This document shows, piece after piece, positions 26,178-39,004 of a DNA stretch of 64,000 nucleotides. The stretch is taken from contig NC_058378.1 in assembly GCF_018350175.1 (NCBI RefSeq), positions 22,010,001 through 22,074,000 on the forward strand, written 5' to 3'. The stretch comes from Felis catus. Its lineage: Eukaryota. The notes beneath the pieces are model-generated. The model made no database searches, was not told where the DNA came from, and saw only the letters and a list, made by a program, of their open reading frames with translations. The stretch's first letter is position 1. Every line of letters starts with the position of its first letter. A program made the translations under genes and the position numbers.

Positions 26178-26869
26178 CCAGGGTTTATGATTTTTATCAG
26201 CAGGATGCTTAGTTCATTGTAAGCTACTCCATTGTTCCTTGAAGCCAAAACTCTAACACAGCTGAGTAAAAAACATGAATATGTGACTTCTACACACTAC
26301 ACCATCATAGTTTATATTTGTTTCTATCATATACTATTTTAGGAATGTTCCTTCTATAAATAGATGATAATTTCTAAATTTTCAGTAGGTAGAAACTGAA
26401 TAACCTATTATAAAATATGATTTTAAATGTATAAAGCTGCTTTTTATATAGTTCTTAGAAAATCTTACATGGAAAAAATTCAAATTAAACTTCACAATGT
26501 AAAAAAAAAACAGTAACGATGTATTTACTTATTGTATCTTTCCTTTGGCAAGGAGGATAATTAAAGATGCTTATAGTTGATAACTGCAGAGTACTTGTGT
26601 GCCTAATGGATGTAGAATTTTTTAAAAGAAGTAGGGAGTGAGCATTACCAACATACATCACAAGAAAATAGGAGGAAGAGTAAAGTAGTTTCTGGGCATG
26701 AGCACTTAGAACCACATAGCAATTAACTAAAATAACTGCTGTCCTGAGCCTGCTTCACAGATTCTTCAGGAGAACCAGGATTAGTAGCACACAAAATTTA
26801 TCCGATACTTTTAGATCTCTACTTGGTAAGGGAAATGAGATCTCCAATATGTTGTAAAATCACTAGGAC

Positions 26870-26884
26870 AGAGAGAGAGGGAGG

Positions 26885-26936
<52 letters not shown>

Positions 26937-26950
26937 GAGAAAGAAAGAGA
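26870..26950. repeat. 81-nt pure purine (GA)n/GGGA tract
   Basis: Direct reading; (CT)n polypyrimidine tract on the gene strand. Confidence 0.97.
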
Positions 26951-28933
26951 TAAGATGCTCTTATGTTCTCAGAACTCTTTGCAACTCTCAAAAGCATTCT
27001 TTCCTTCAAAGAGATTTTCATGTTTTGAACGCTAAGGGCATGTCATAATTACTTGTACTTTCTTTTTTTATATTAATACTTAATTTTTTTAGAGTGGTTT
27101 AAGGTTAACAGCAAAATTTAGGGGAAGGTGCCCTGCCCTTCTTAGAATCCAAATAAATAACTTTCAATTAACTTTTAATATCTGTTACATAAAAATTAAA
27201 AATGAATCTATTTTTGAATGACATATTTTCAAATTAGTCTTGATTAATGTAGAAACCCAGAGCAGTTTGCATTATTTCAAGTGCTCTTGTCAACATGTCT
27301 ATGTTAGAACTGTAAGGAGGAAATATTGTATTAGAATTTTCCATTTGATAGGGACTATCTTATGACTATAAAATATTTAATATTTACTTTAAGGATTTAT
27401 TTTTAGCCAGGCAATACACTTCTGGAAATATAATAGAAAGCAAAAGTCAATACCAATATTTCTTTTTTCTTTGTATTTAACCTCAGAAATAATAACCAGT
27501 TGCATTTCTGGGAAAGGACAGGCTAAAATTACAGGGCATCCAAATGTCCCCTGATACCTTCCCAGAATAATAAGAATTTAACAACTGACAGATTTGAGGT
27601 ATTCTGAAAACGCTTTATCTACTTGCACACAAATATCTCTTCGTTCTTCTGAATCAATTGGAAGCCATTAACTTCAGGGAGCAAAATTACATTACCACAG
27701 GATCAGTATAAAGTCAAGAAAATTAAGACCTTTTGGCAAATTTAACCTTCAAGAGTGTAGCTTTCATTTCTATATATTCAGCAAATACATATTTAACATC
27801 TGGCATGTGCCAGAAAGCATCCTAAGTGCTACAGATACCAAGATGAATGTGTGCATCTGAGTGGCAAAGTGTGGCTCGGATATGATGTGGTGGTAATGAG
27901 ATTACATGTGGATCTGGGTAGTGGCACCTTGCTAGGAAAACTGGAAGCTGGGAGAGGCATGATTAGAGCCGCATTCTAGGAATCAGAGTATTGGTATTAC
28001 TGACTCTACCTGGAACCCTTCCATCTTCTCTGAAGCACTAAATACAAGCACAGCTGCCTTTATTATTGGGTAGAGAAGAGCCAGTGAAAAGAGAGAACTC
28101 AGAAGATGCCACAAAGTCTTAAAATGGTTCTGATTAGGGTCCATATTGAGCTTTTGATTTGGCTGTGAACTGATGCAAAGGAAAAGGAAAATGACAAGAG
28201 ACCATCCATTGCAAAGTATCTTCCTTCAAGAAGTACACATGCTTTGCTTTGCTGAGATCGAGAGCTAAATGGGGGGAAAAAAACCAAACCAAAAAACCCA
28301 TCAGGCTACCACAAATAGCCATTCTTACAAAACATTTTAGTCTATAAATAAAGTCATTAAAATTTTGTTGGAAAAAAGTGAGCAAATTTCAAAACTCATT
28401 TTAAAATTAGGATCTACATATAGACCAGACTGAAGAATCTGCCTTGATATATGTTTATATCTCAGCACATTTGCCACCATTATCACAGAGATAACTCTAC
28501 ATACTTACTCTTGTCTATTCTGCAGGAGAATATACAACAAGCCAGTTGATATTAGATAGCATCACAGGACTGGGAAAATAGGACAACCTTTCTTGAAATG
28601 AACTAGATAGAAAAAGGACCACAGGCTTTGTGTTTCATCAGATCCTAGCTAAACACTTTTCAGAACACCATTCAAGAGGCTTCTGCCTCTTGCCCCCTGA
28701 GCCCTAACTTGGCTGAGGTAAAATTGACATGGAACATTGTAGAAATTTAGGTTATACCATGTGATGATCTGGTATACATATATATTGTGAAATATGTACC
28801 ACAATAACGTTAATTAACACATTCTTCACCTCACATGAATTTTGCAGATGTCATGGTCAAAATATTAAAGGTCTACTTTCATAGCAACTTTTGAATATAC
28901 AATACAGAATTGTTAGCTATAGTCAACAAGTAA

Positions 28934-29157
28934 TTTATTTTTAAACAATTTTTTCTAATGTTTATTTATTTTTGAGAGTGAGAGAGACAGAGTGCAAGCC
29001 AGAGAGGGGCAGAGAGAGGGAGATGCAGAATCCGAAGCAGGCTCCAGGCTCTGAGCTGTCAGCACAGAGCCTGATGTGAGGCCTAAACTCACAAACTGTG
29101 AGATCATGACCTGAGCCAAAGTCAGAAGCTTAACCAACTGAGCCACCCAGGTGCCCC
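28934..29157 (-). mobile_element. CanSINE nested in L1 3' end
   Basis: Full structure; caagtaa flanks. Confidence 0.93.
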
Positions 29158-29292
29158 CACCAAGTAAACTTTAGATACCTGAACGTATTCATCTTATAAC
29201 TGGTAGTCTGTACTCTCTGACTAAATCTCCCCATTTCCTCTACCTCTCAGCCTCTGTCAACCACCTTTCTGTTTCTATGAGTGTGATGTTTT

Positions 29293-29518
29293 ATTATTGT
29301 ATTTTATTTATTATTTTTTAAATGTTTATTCATTTTTGAGAGAGAGAGAGCACGTGTGCACAAGTGGGGAAGGGCCAGAGAGAGAGGGGGACAGAGGATC
29401 TGAAGCGGGCCTCACGCTGACAGCAGAGTGCCCAAGGCAGGGCTTGAACTTGTGAAGCACGAAGATCATGACCTATGCCGAAGTTGGATCTTAACCGACT
29501 GAGCCACCCAGGTGCCCC
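29293..29518 (-). mobile_element. CanSINE nested in L1 3' end
   Basis: TSD gtgtgatgtttt (29281-29292/29521-29532). Confidence 0.93.
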
Positions 29519-31759
29519 AGGTGTGATGTTTTTAGATTCTACATCTGAGTTATGACATGTGGTATTTGTCTTTCTCTGTCTGACTTATTTCACCTTGGAT
29601 AATGGCCTCAAAGTCTATTCATGTTGTTGCAAGTGGCAGGATTTGCTTTTATGTTTATGGCTGAATAATAGTTCACATATTGCAAATGCAGTTTAAATGC
29701 TGTATTAAAGCTTTATTGAATACTCAGTAGAACTGGGGATTGTCTTTTCATAAAACCAGTGGGTTCTTTTTAATATATTTTTTTTAAAGACTTCAGTTTC
29801 TATTCTCTAGGGGCACCTGGTTCTTTGTTTAGTTTCTTCCCCCTACTGACCCTTACAACTCTTCAGATTTGGGGGTGGTGTCACTTCTAGGTCCTCAGTA
29901 AGTTTCTCTTCTCTTTCTGGGACTCAATGATGGATGGACTGTTTTCACTTAACGATGCCCCTTTAGTCCTGCAGGTCTTCTTCATGAATTTTTCATCCTT
30001 TCTCTTTTGCTCCTCTGACTAGATAATTTCAAGTGTTCTTGCTTCTGCTTGGCCGGGTCTGCTGTTGAAGCTGTCTATTGAGTTCTTCATTTCCATCACT
30101 GTCTTCTTTAGCTCCAAATTTGTGCTTGGTTCTCTTTTTATATTTTCTATCTCTTTGCTGAACTTTTCATTTTGTTTTTATATTTTCCCCCTAATTTGTT
30201 AAATTGTTTTTCTATGTTTTCTTGCAGCTCTCGGAGCATCTTTAGAACAATTATTTTGAATCCTTTATTAGGCTTAATCGACCGAGTCACCCAGGTGCCC
30301 CGGGTGTGATGTTTTTAGGTCACTGGTATCTCCAGTTCTTTGAGATCAATTACTGGAAGCTCACTATGCTCCCTTGGTGGTTTCTCTGATTCTTCAAGAT
30401 CCCTATAGTCATGCATATTTAAAGTCTGCACATTTAAATAACCACTCACTTCTTCCATACTTTATGGGTTGACTTCAATATGCAAAGACTTTCACTTGTG
30501 CACAGGGGCACGCTGGAATGTGCTGTAACCCCAGGTCTAGTGGTACAGAGGGCCAAATACAGGGGTGTGTGGTGGTTTGGGTCCAAGAGGTATATGATGT
30601 CTTATCTGCTCAGGTCACTCGGGTTCACGGCATTGGCAACCGTGTAGTTCTTGGTGAGCACTGTGGGAGGTGGTCCGAGTCCTCAGCAGCACCTCCAGGG
30701 CCAGTGGCTGGTGACGTGGGCAGGTGGTGGTGGTGGCTGGAGCTGGTGGTATGTACACAGCTGTAGGGTGGTCCCCTACATAGTGGTGGGGGCCGGTCTC
30801 ACACATACACATAGCGGTGGGGGTCAGAGCCAGTTGTAAAGGTGTGGGCCAGCTGCAGGTGTACAGGCAGCTGTGGGCGCCATGGCTGTCTGTGTGTATT
30901 GCTGCGGCTGTGGGGCCTCACCGTGGGCACACAGCAGCGGAGGCTGGTGTTGGGAGTCAGGCGAGGGGCGTGCCGGAACACAGCTTGAAAGACCAGCTTC
31001 AGGTGAGCCCAGTGGTGCAGGTCAGTGACATGAGACAGGACCAGATCTGGCCTTCAAATGGCTGTGGGGGCTCTGCTCTTCATGTGTACTCCTGTGGCTG
31101 CAGTCTCCTGGGGGTGTGTGCCAAGCCTTGGAAGGCCGGTAAGGATGGTCTGGTTGGGGCATACAGGTGCACAGCTAGAAGGTTACCTGACATGTGCTAA
31201 GGAGTGAAGGCCAGTGACTGGTGACAGAGCCAGATTCAGACCCATGGACTGCTATGAAGGCCCTGGCTTGTGGGTGTGCCCTTCCATGCCACAGGATCTG
31301 CCATAGGTGTGTGGGTAGCAGTAGAGGGTCTGGCCAGTGGTGTGCAAATGCACAGCTGGAAGGGCTAGCCCCAAGTGCGTAGACAGTCGTGGGGGCAGCA
31401 CAGGGTCTAGGCTGGCTTCTTACACTTGTGCAGACACAGAGGGCTGGGCTGGCTGCTGGTGTGGACCCTTGGCTCTAGCAGCAGGGTCTGGAGGTTTGGG
31501 GGGGTGGAGGTGTAGGTAGGGAGCAGGGAGGGACTCAGGAGGCTGGAGTCTGTGAATGTGAATATTGCAGGGCCAAACCCAATGAAGTCTTCAGGGAGTC
31601 CACAGTGGCTCTTCCAGCCATTAGTTACTTTAATAGCAAGAAAGCTGTTGAGGTCTTCTGCAAAGCAGGTGGCTGGGAACCACAGTCATTCCCACTGCAT
31701 GGATGATACTGGTAGCATCTACTCTTCTTTGTTCCTTCCTATCTCTATTCATCTCAGCC

Positions 31760-32660
31760 TTTTTTTTCTTTCCAAGATGTTCTTTAAATTCAAGTTAGTT
31801 AACATATAGTGTAGTATTGGTATCAGGACTAGAATTTAGTGATTCGTCACTTACATAAAACACCCAGTGCTCATCACACCAAGTGTCTTCCTTAATTCCC
31901 CTTGCCCTTTTAGCCCATCCCCCACCCAACACCCTACCAGCAACCCTCAGTTTGTTCTCTATGTTTAAGAGTCTCTTATGGTTTGCTTCCCTCTCTCTTC
32001 CCCCCCTTCCCCTATGTTCATCTGTTTTGTTTCTTAAATTCCTATGAGTGAAATCATATGGTCTATGTCTTTCTCTGACTGACTTATTTTGCTAAGCATA
32101 ATACATTTTAGCTCCATCCACATTGTTACAAATGGCAAGATTTCATTCTTTTTGATGGCTGAGTAATATTCCATTATAATATATATCATATATATATCTT
32201 CTTTATCTATTCACCTGTCAATGGACATTTGAGCTCTCTCCATAGTTTGGCAATTGTTGGTTTTTTGTTTTTAGTTTATTTTGAGAGAGTGTGACAGAGA
32301 GTGAGCGAGTGAGCATGTGCAAGAGTTAGGGAAGGGTGTAGAAAGAAGGAGAGACAGAATATCAAGCAGGCTCCATGCTCAGTGTGGAGAGTGATGTGGG
32401 GCTCGATCCCATGATTGTGAGATCATGACCTGAACCAAAATCAAGAGTCGGATGCTCAACAGACTGAACCACCCAGGTGACTCTGGCTATTGTTGATAAT
32501 GCTGCTATAAACATTAGAGTGCATGTGCCCCTTTGAATCAGTATTTTTGTATCCTTTGGATAAATATCTAGTAGTGCAGTTGCTGGGTCACAGGGTAGTT
32601 CTATTTTTAACTTTTTGAGGAAGCTCCATACTGTTTTCCAGAACGGCTACACCAGTTTGC
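31760..32660 (-). mobile_element. Carnivore L1 3' fragment inserted in the older L1 5' UTR
   Basis: tcaagttagttaacatatagtgtagtattgg...acacccagtgctcatc...gaggaagctccatactgttttcca. Confidence 0.9.
32260..32483 (-). mobile_element. CanSINE nested in the nested L1
   Basis: TSD tggc(a/t)attgttg. Confidence 0.9.
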
Positions 32661-34067
32661 AATCTGGTTTGCAAACTGAAGAGGGTCCTTCATACAATGT
32701 CCTGAAAGCTAGGGAAGCCAGCCACTCACTTCACTCTCCCTTTTCTGGTAAGGGAAATTCTTCCAAGCTGAGGAGTTCCCTGTTGGCAGTGAGCAGTGCC
32801 AGCCTGGGAGATTGGATGATGCAGGCAAAATGAAGCTGCTCTTCCTTCCCTTCTTTTGTAATTATTCTCAGATGGGTTTTTTTCCTTCCCCACACTGAGT
32901 TGCTTTAGATTCCTAAGAGCACTCCTGAGCTCTCCCAGAACTGCATTTCTTTGTGGATGCTTCCAAACTCTTGTTGATCTTTTTTGGGAGTTGGAGGCTG
33001 AGCTCCCCTACTTTACCATTTTGGTAACATCAACCTGACTTATATAACCATCTTGAGTTTTACAGTGAAGCTACAATATGTGGTGTCCTTCCAAATGGGA
33101 GAGCTTGTAAAATCATCTGGAACAACTCTCCATCCATGCTGGGACAGAAACTAAGACTCAGAAGGGTGAACTTGCCTAAGGTCACAATTTTACTTGCAAG
33201 TCACACTTAAGACTAGAGATCAGATCACTGATCACTCTCATCTTGCTTTTCTGGCTGGTAAAATCTTGCTCAAGTCCTCCTAACCTACTCTGACCATAAG
33301 TCAAGTTTCTTTGCTTGAATAAAAGGGCTCTAAGAGTCTGCTTTTAAACTGAGTACTTTATTAGGTCAGCAGCACATGCAGGGAACAGAGTAAGCCAACG
33401 AGGTCCCTTGGAGTGCTGGCACCTGAGATGTCTCCTGTCTCTAAACTGACTATTGATGTAGCAAGGTAGCCACAACAGTCCTAAGTAATTGGTAGGAGGT
33501 GGATGGGTAGATAACAATATTTATTCTCTCAAGAGTTACCAGATTGAGTAGTTAAAACTTGCATTTATGAACAATTCTGTTTTCTGTTTTTAGGCTTGGC
33601 CTCAGGGCTTTCTGACATTTTAGCTGGCCTCCTCCCTTTCACCCACACACCCAATGACTACTCAGTCATTTCAGCCAGAGAGAAGGGAGGCTTTGATGAG
33701 AAGAACACAAAATAGTTTACATATTTGGGGTATGTACTATGCTTTCTTCGATATCGTCTGCCAGGAATTCAGTTTGTGCCCAAATGCCATCCCACCCTCA
33801 CCCCACTCCTTGTAGGCCAACAACAGAAGTAGGACAGGCTTCTCTGTTCTCTGTGTCTGTCTCCTTCACATTCACGCGCCATTCACAGAACACAGGAGAA
33901 AACTGAATCCCGGTTACAACTGAATGGATGGTAAAAAGGAGTCTGCATCTTATTCAAAATAAGATAGGCTTTCACAACAGGGACAATGTGTTAGAGAAAC
34001 CAGGTTGCCCCCTGAATTTGCACAGTATGCAAAGTTGCATACTACATTATTCCATATCTCTGATACT

Positions 34068-34261
34068 ATTTTTTTTAATGTTTATTTATTTACTTTGAGA
34101 GAGAGAAAGAGCAAGGGAGGGGCAGAGAAAGAGGGAGAGAATCCCAGGCAGGCTCCTTGCTGTCAGTGCAGAGCCTGACACAGGGCTCGATCTCACAAAC
34201 CATGAGTTCTTGACCTGAGCTGAGAGTCAGACATTTAACTGACTGAGCCACTCAGGTGCCC
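34068..34261 (-). mobile_element. CanSINE
   Basis: TSD catatctct(g/a)atact. Confidence 0.92.
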
Positions 34262-35649
34262 TCATATCTCTAATACTTTTATCCAGAAGAGTTTTTAAGT
34301 TTTTGCCCTGGTGCCACTATCTGCCTCATAAACATGGGGTCTGAGTTCCCCATATGCCCCTTTCTCCTTCCATTGTATCAAATACAGCAGGTAATTTTTG
34401 CATAAATGAGGTAAAGTAACTGAAAAGGAATTTTGCCAGTGATTGATTATTTCAAGAGAGGGAGAAATAAGGTAATTTCTAATCCACATACTCACTAAAA
34501 CCCCAGCTGGATAACCAGGTATATCTCTTCAAGCTCCTCTTTCCTGCTTGGCTCTAGTATTCCTCATTTTTCTTCCTAAAAATCTTCCCTGCTCACAAAT
34601 GATCCTTAAGCTTTACGTTGTAATCGAGTGGCACAGCACCAATTCTGTTTTATTCCTTATGACCTCTTGAAATAGCCTATATTGGCGGAAGATCCCTGCC
34701 ATTTAAAGTGACAGCTCTAGCATATTGGTAATGGCTTCTTATTACAGAATGCAAAGTCAATTCACTAGGAGCTCTATTCAATCTCCTTCCCCAGTCAGAC
34801 AGTCCTCTAGGGGTCAACCTTCATCTTTCTTCACTCCTCCTCTCTAGAAAGCTGGTTTCTTTTAAGGTACATACAAATATTCAGGGTCAGTAGTTATCAG
34901 GAAAAGGAAGCCCCGGTGTCCTGCTAACTAACTACAGCTGGGCTGTTCTCGGGTCAGAGCACAGGTAGTTGACTGCCTGTCAGCTTCATGAGGGTAAGGA
35001 CAGTGTCCTGCAGTCTTGCTGTATCTGCCCCACAGTAGGCCCACTCCGTAATCATTTATTGCTTGAGGGAACACACACAGTGAACAATAAATGAAGTAGT
35101 AAATCAAGGAGCCACAGGAATCGAATGCAGGTTACCAGGCCAGTTTTGGAAACACGGAGATCAGGATTCTTGTGAGGAGGAAGCACGGGATTGCAGGGGC
35201 TACAATGGCAAGATAGGGAAAACCACCCCAAACCCTCAGAGAGGGGGCTGGGTATAGTGAAATCACCTCTCTGTTAGCCTCACTCTTGCTCGCATCTTGG
35301 AACAAACACAAGAAGTGTTGGACAAAATAATCCCCTGATTACAAGTTTAATGCTAACTGGACCTGTGAGTTATATAAGCAATGGCTGTGACCTCTTTCTG
35401 GTCTACTTTTTGCAACACAGTTTACAAACATTAGCTTGATCACTACAATAACCTTCAAGGTGGCCATTAATTTTCTTTATTTTCAGAAAGAGAAATTACA
35501 TGCAGAAGGTTAAACAGCCTACCTAAGTCAACTGGCTAAGGTCAGCATCTGGGATTCAAACTTGCTTCTGAGTCTCAATTCTTTCCTCTACCCAAAAGGC
35601 ATTGCACCGAATAAGCAACATGCCAAACACCTACCCAGACAGCTTTGTA

Positions 35650-36297
35650 TTTTTTTTTTGATTTCTAAATTGTGCTAAAAAACACACAAAATTTATTTCC
35701 TTAACCATTTTTAAGTATATATTTCAGTAGTGTTAACTGTATTCACATTGCTATGTATAACATTTCCAGAAATTTTTCATCTTGCAGAATTGAGCCTCTA
35801 TAACTTACTAAACAACACTCTCCATTTCTCTGCCCCCAAAGCCCAAGCAAACACCATTCTGCTTCTGCTTCTATGGTTTTGACTACTCTAGAAACTCCAT
35901 AAAAATGGAATCATGTAGTATTATACTTTTGTGACTGTCCTCTTTCACTCAGGATAATGTCCTTAAGATTCATTCATGTTGTAGAATGATAGGATTTGCT
36001 TCCTGTTTCAGGCTTAATAATATTCCACCATCTATATACATTACATTTTGTTCATCCATCATCTGTCAATCGACATTTGTGTGGCTTCCATCTCTTGACT
36101 ATTGTGAACAATGCCGTGATGAAGAGGAATGGACAAATATTGCTTCAAGATACTGTTTTCCATACTTGGGGGTAAATACTCAGTAGTGGAATTGCCAGAT
36201 GGTAGGGTAGTTCTAGTTTTCATATTTTGAGGAGCCTCCCTACCGTTTCCCAGAGTAACTGTACCACTTTACATTTGCACCAGCAGTGTACAAAAGT
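35650..36297 (-). mobile_element. L1MB-type 3' end
   Basis: cttaaccatttttaagt...tttcatcttgcag...accattctgcttctgcttctatg...gaggagcctccctaccg. Confidence 0.85.
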
Positions 36298-36648
36298 AGA
36301 CCAATTTGTTTTTAAATAGAATAACTGTCAGTTTTAGTATTAAACTGACCAAACAGCCCAGCCTATCAGGTCAGGTAGTGATTACGTTCTTAAAAATGCA
36401 AACTCAACTAAAACTCTAGACCTTAAGCCTTCGTTTTTATAATTAAAACCATACGCCATATAAACGTGTTACAGATTTATACATGTCGATCAGCATTCCA
36501 TTTTGGGACAAATACATTTAGAATCACTTTCTTGGAGGCTACAACAAATGAAGTAAAAGTGAAGCCACTGTTGGACCAGTGTGAAGGTATCAGGGGAAGG
36601 TTACTATTCCTGAAAATAAGTATAAGCATGCACACAAATTGCACTTAC

Positions 36649-36747
36649 CCTTGTTTTGGCATCGATTTTAGCTCCTCGATCAAGCAAGAGTTTTACCATA
36701 TTGGCATTTCCTCTTTTTGATGCAACGTGTAAAGGCGTGATGTCATT
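36649..36747 (-). CDS. ANK3: ANK3 coding exon (about exon 8), 99 nt
   Basis: CTACAG|AAT...AGG|GTAAGT; [33 protein letters not shown]. Confidence 0.97.
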
Positions 36748-37831
36748 CTGTAGAAGAACAGAAAAAAAGGACAGTTTGGTATCTTCAGTTCAACCGAAAC
36801 ATTGCTTCCCCAACTCCCCCCCAACAGGTCCTCACTTTTTTATTTACTTTTTTAAACATCCATTGTGAACAGAATGCTTCCCAACATTTCTCTCTGACAG
36901 TAATTTTACTCAGTAGACTCCCCTCTCCCCCCAAAAGGGATGAATTTTAAGTAGTAGAACCCACATTCTGAAGGTGGGTTCAAGTTTATTTCACTTAGCT
37001 GCAGTGACTGATGGATGAGATGGGGTCTTTTTTGGTTTTGTTTTTTGGTTTGTTTGTTAGTTTTGCTCTAAAATTTTGCACCGTTAAGTCGATGTGTTTT
37101 CCTGCAAATTTGTGTGATACATACTGGCTAATGTGTGGTTGACTAAGTGGCTGATTAAGTCAGCCAGACTCAGTTAAAGGAGTATGGTGCTCAGCACCAT
37201 CTCTGTGTTCATATGAGCACAAGATATCAAGGAAAAACAATAGTTACGCAAAGTGGAAAATCAGTCAGTACTGTACAAAGTCACAGGACTTCCCATGCAC
37301 GTGGGGCTCAAGTGTGTTTGCAGGCATTTGTTAGCAATCTCACAGAAAACTGTTTTTTTTTTTTATTATTACCATTGAGGAATAAACATATTGTTAGGAC
37401 AATCTGAAATTAAAGTCATGATACTCAATACCACAGGTCTTTCCCCATGCATCTTACAGGTGTTATGATTGTTTCCAGACTGTCAGGGAAATATGTGTAT
37501 GTTGTGAGAACATTCTCTATGCTGGCTCCTTATTCCTTTGTAGCAACAATATGGATTTTAGGTCCGTTGTTCACCTAAGTTAATTACACCATCAGTGAAC
37601 TAGGCTCCTACGGGGTTGTATTTTTGCCATTTGATAGCAGATACAACATAATAGCTACCAGGCATTGATTATTTCCTATATGTTAGGCACTGTGCTAAAC
37701 TCTACTATCTCACTTAATTCTCATAATCCTCACAATGCCACAAAACAATCTGACTTACAATGTCCATTTCATAGATGTACAAATAGCTGGAAAAAACAGG
37801 ATTCAAATTAAAATATGACTCAAGCTTATGT

Positions 37832-38360
37832 TTTTTTTTAAAACACTATAATGAAAATTTTCAAACAGATACAAAGTTTGAGAGAAAGGCATGAGTTTTA
37901 TGTACTCATCACTCTGGTTCAATACTTATCAGCCTCTTAGGAATATTATTTCTTCTATACTCCCTACTACTTTTTTTTCTGGAGAAGTCTGAGAGAAGGA
38001 AAAGAAAACCCTAGGCATCAAGGATTTGTTTTTTAACAAACAGTCACAATACCATTATCATATTTAACAAAGTAAAAATAATTCCTTCATAACACTAAGA
38101 CCCTGTCAGTGTTCAAATTCTCCCATTATGTCCAGTTAGCTCAGTAGGGTTGTTCAAATGAGAAGATCCACACCTGCATTAGGTTGAAATGTCCCTTAAG
38201 TCTTTTAATCTCCATAGGTGCCTTACTCCACCTTCTTTTTTCCATGACTACTTATTGAAAAAACTGGATAATTGATCATGTAGAACTTTCTAACTTCCAT
38301 GATTTCATCCTCATGGGGTGTTATTTAACATGTTCTTTTTGCCCTGTACTTCCTATAAAG
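37832..38360 (-). mobile_element. L1MC-type 3' end fragment
   Basis: atgaaaattttcaaaca...cacaataccattatca...ataattcctt. Confidence 0.65.
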
Positions 38361-38555
38361 TTTTTTAAACATTATAAACTATAATGCTGTTAGCATTACA
38401 TTCTCCTATCTGAACTACTCTTTCCCTCATTATTTTTAGGTGCTGAAGTATCAAATGATTCATTAAATGAAAGAAGGAGAAAGAGATCTCAGTAAACCAA
38501 ATTTGCATCAGTAATGCTTGTGGGAGTACACAGGATGAATATCATTGCTCTAGAC

Positions 38556-39004
38556 CAACGGTAGGCAAACTTCTTCTGCATCGGGCCAGATAGCAAATAT
38601 TTTCAGCTTTTTAGGCAATATAAGTTCTATTGCAGCTATTCAACTCTGCCATTGTAGGGTAAAGCAGCCATACAAAATATGTAAAGAAATGGGAGTGGTT
38701 GTATTCCAATCAAATTTTATTTACAAAAACAGGGGCACCTGGTGGCTCAGTTGGTTAAGCATCTGACTTTGGTTCAGGTCATGATCTCATGGCTCATGGG
38801 TTCAAGCCCTGTGTTGGGCTCTGTGCTCACAGCTTGGAACCTGGAGCCTGCTTCAGATTCTGTGTGTCCCTCTCTCTCTGCCCCTCCCCTGAACATGCTC
38901 TGTCTTTTTTTCCTCTCTCTCTCTCAAAAATAAATAAATATTTAAAAAAAAACTTTATTTACAAAAACAGATGGTAGGCCAGATTTGGCCTAGGGGTTGA
39001 CCTG
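38556..39004. mobile_element. MER58A-like MITE split by a CanSINE
   Basis: ggcaaacttcttctg..gggccagatagcaaatatttt...ttatttacaaaaacag[SINE]...ggccagatttggcc. Confidence 0.8.
38732..38953 (+). mobile_element. CanSINE
   Basis: 17-bp TSD tttatttacaaaaacag (38716-38732/38954-38970). Confidence 0.95.

Larger units (their letters stand above)
28715..33033 (-). mobile_element. Old L1 (L1MA9/L1M2-like): 3' end (28715-29675), ORF1 start (about 29905-30500) and GC-rich 5' UTR (30500-31757, 32660-33033), with nested insertions
   Basis: 3' end tgaggtaaaattgaca...tatacaatacag...ctatagtca; ORF1 reverse complement ctgctgttgaagctgtctattgag; 5' terminus-like tactttaccattttggtaacatca. Confidence 0.7.
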
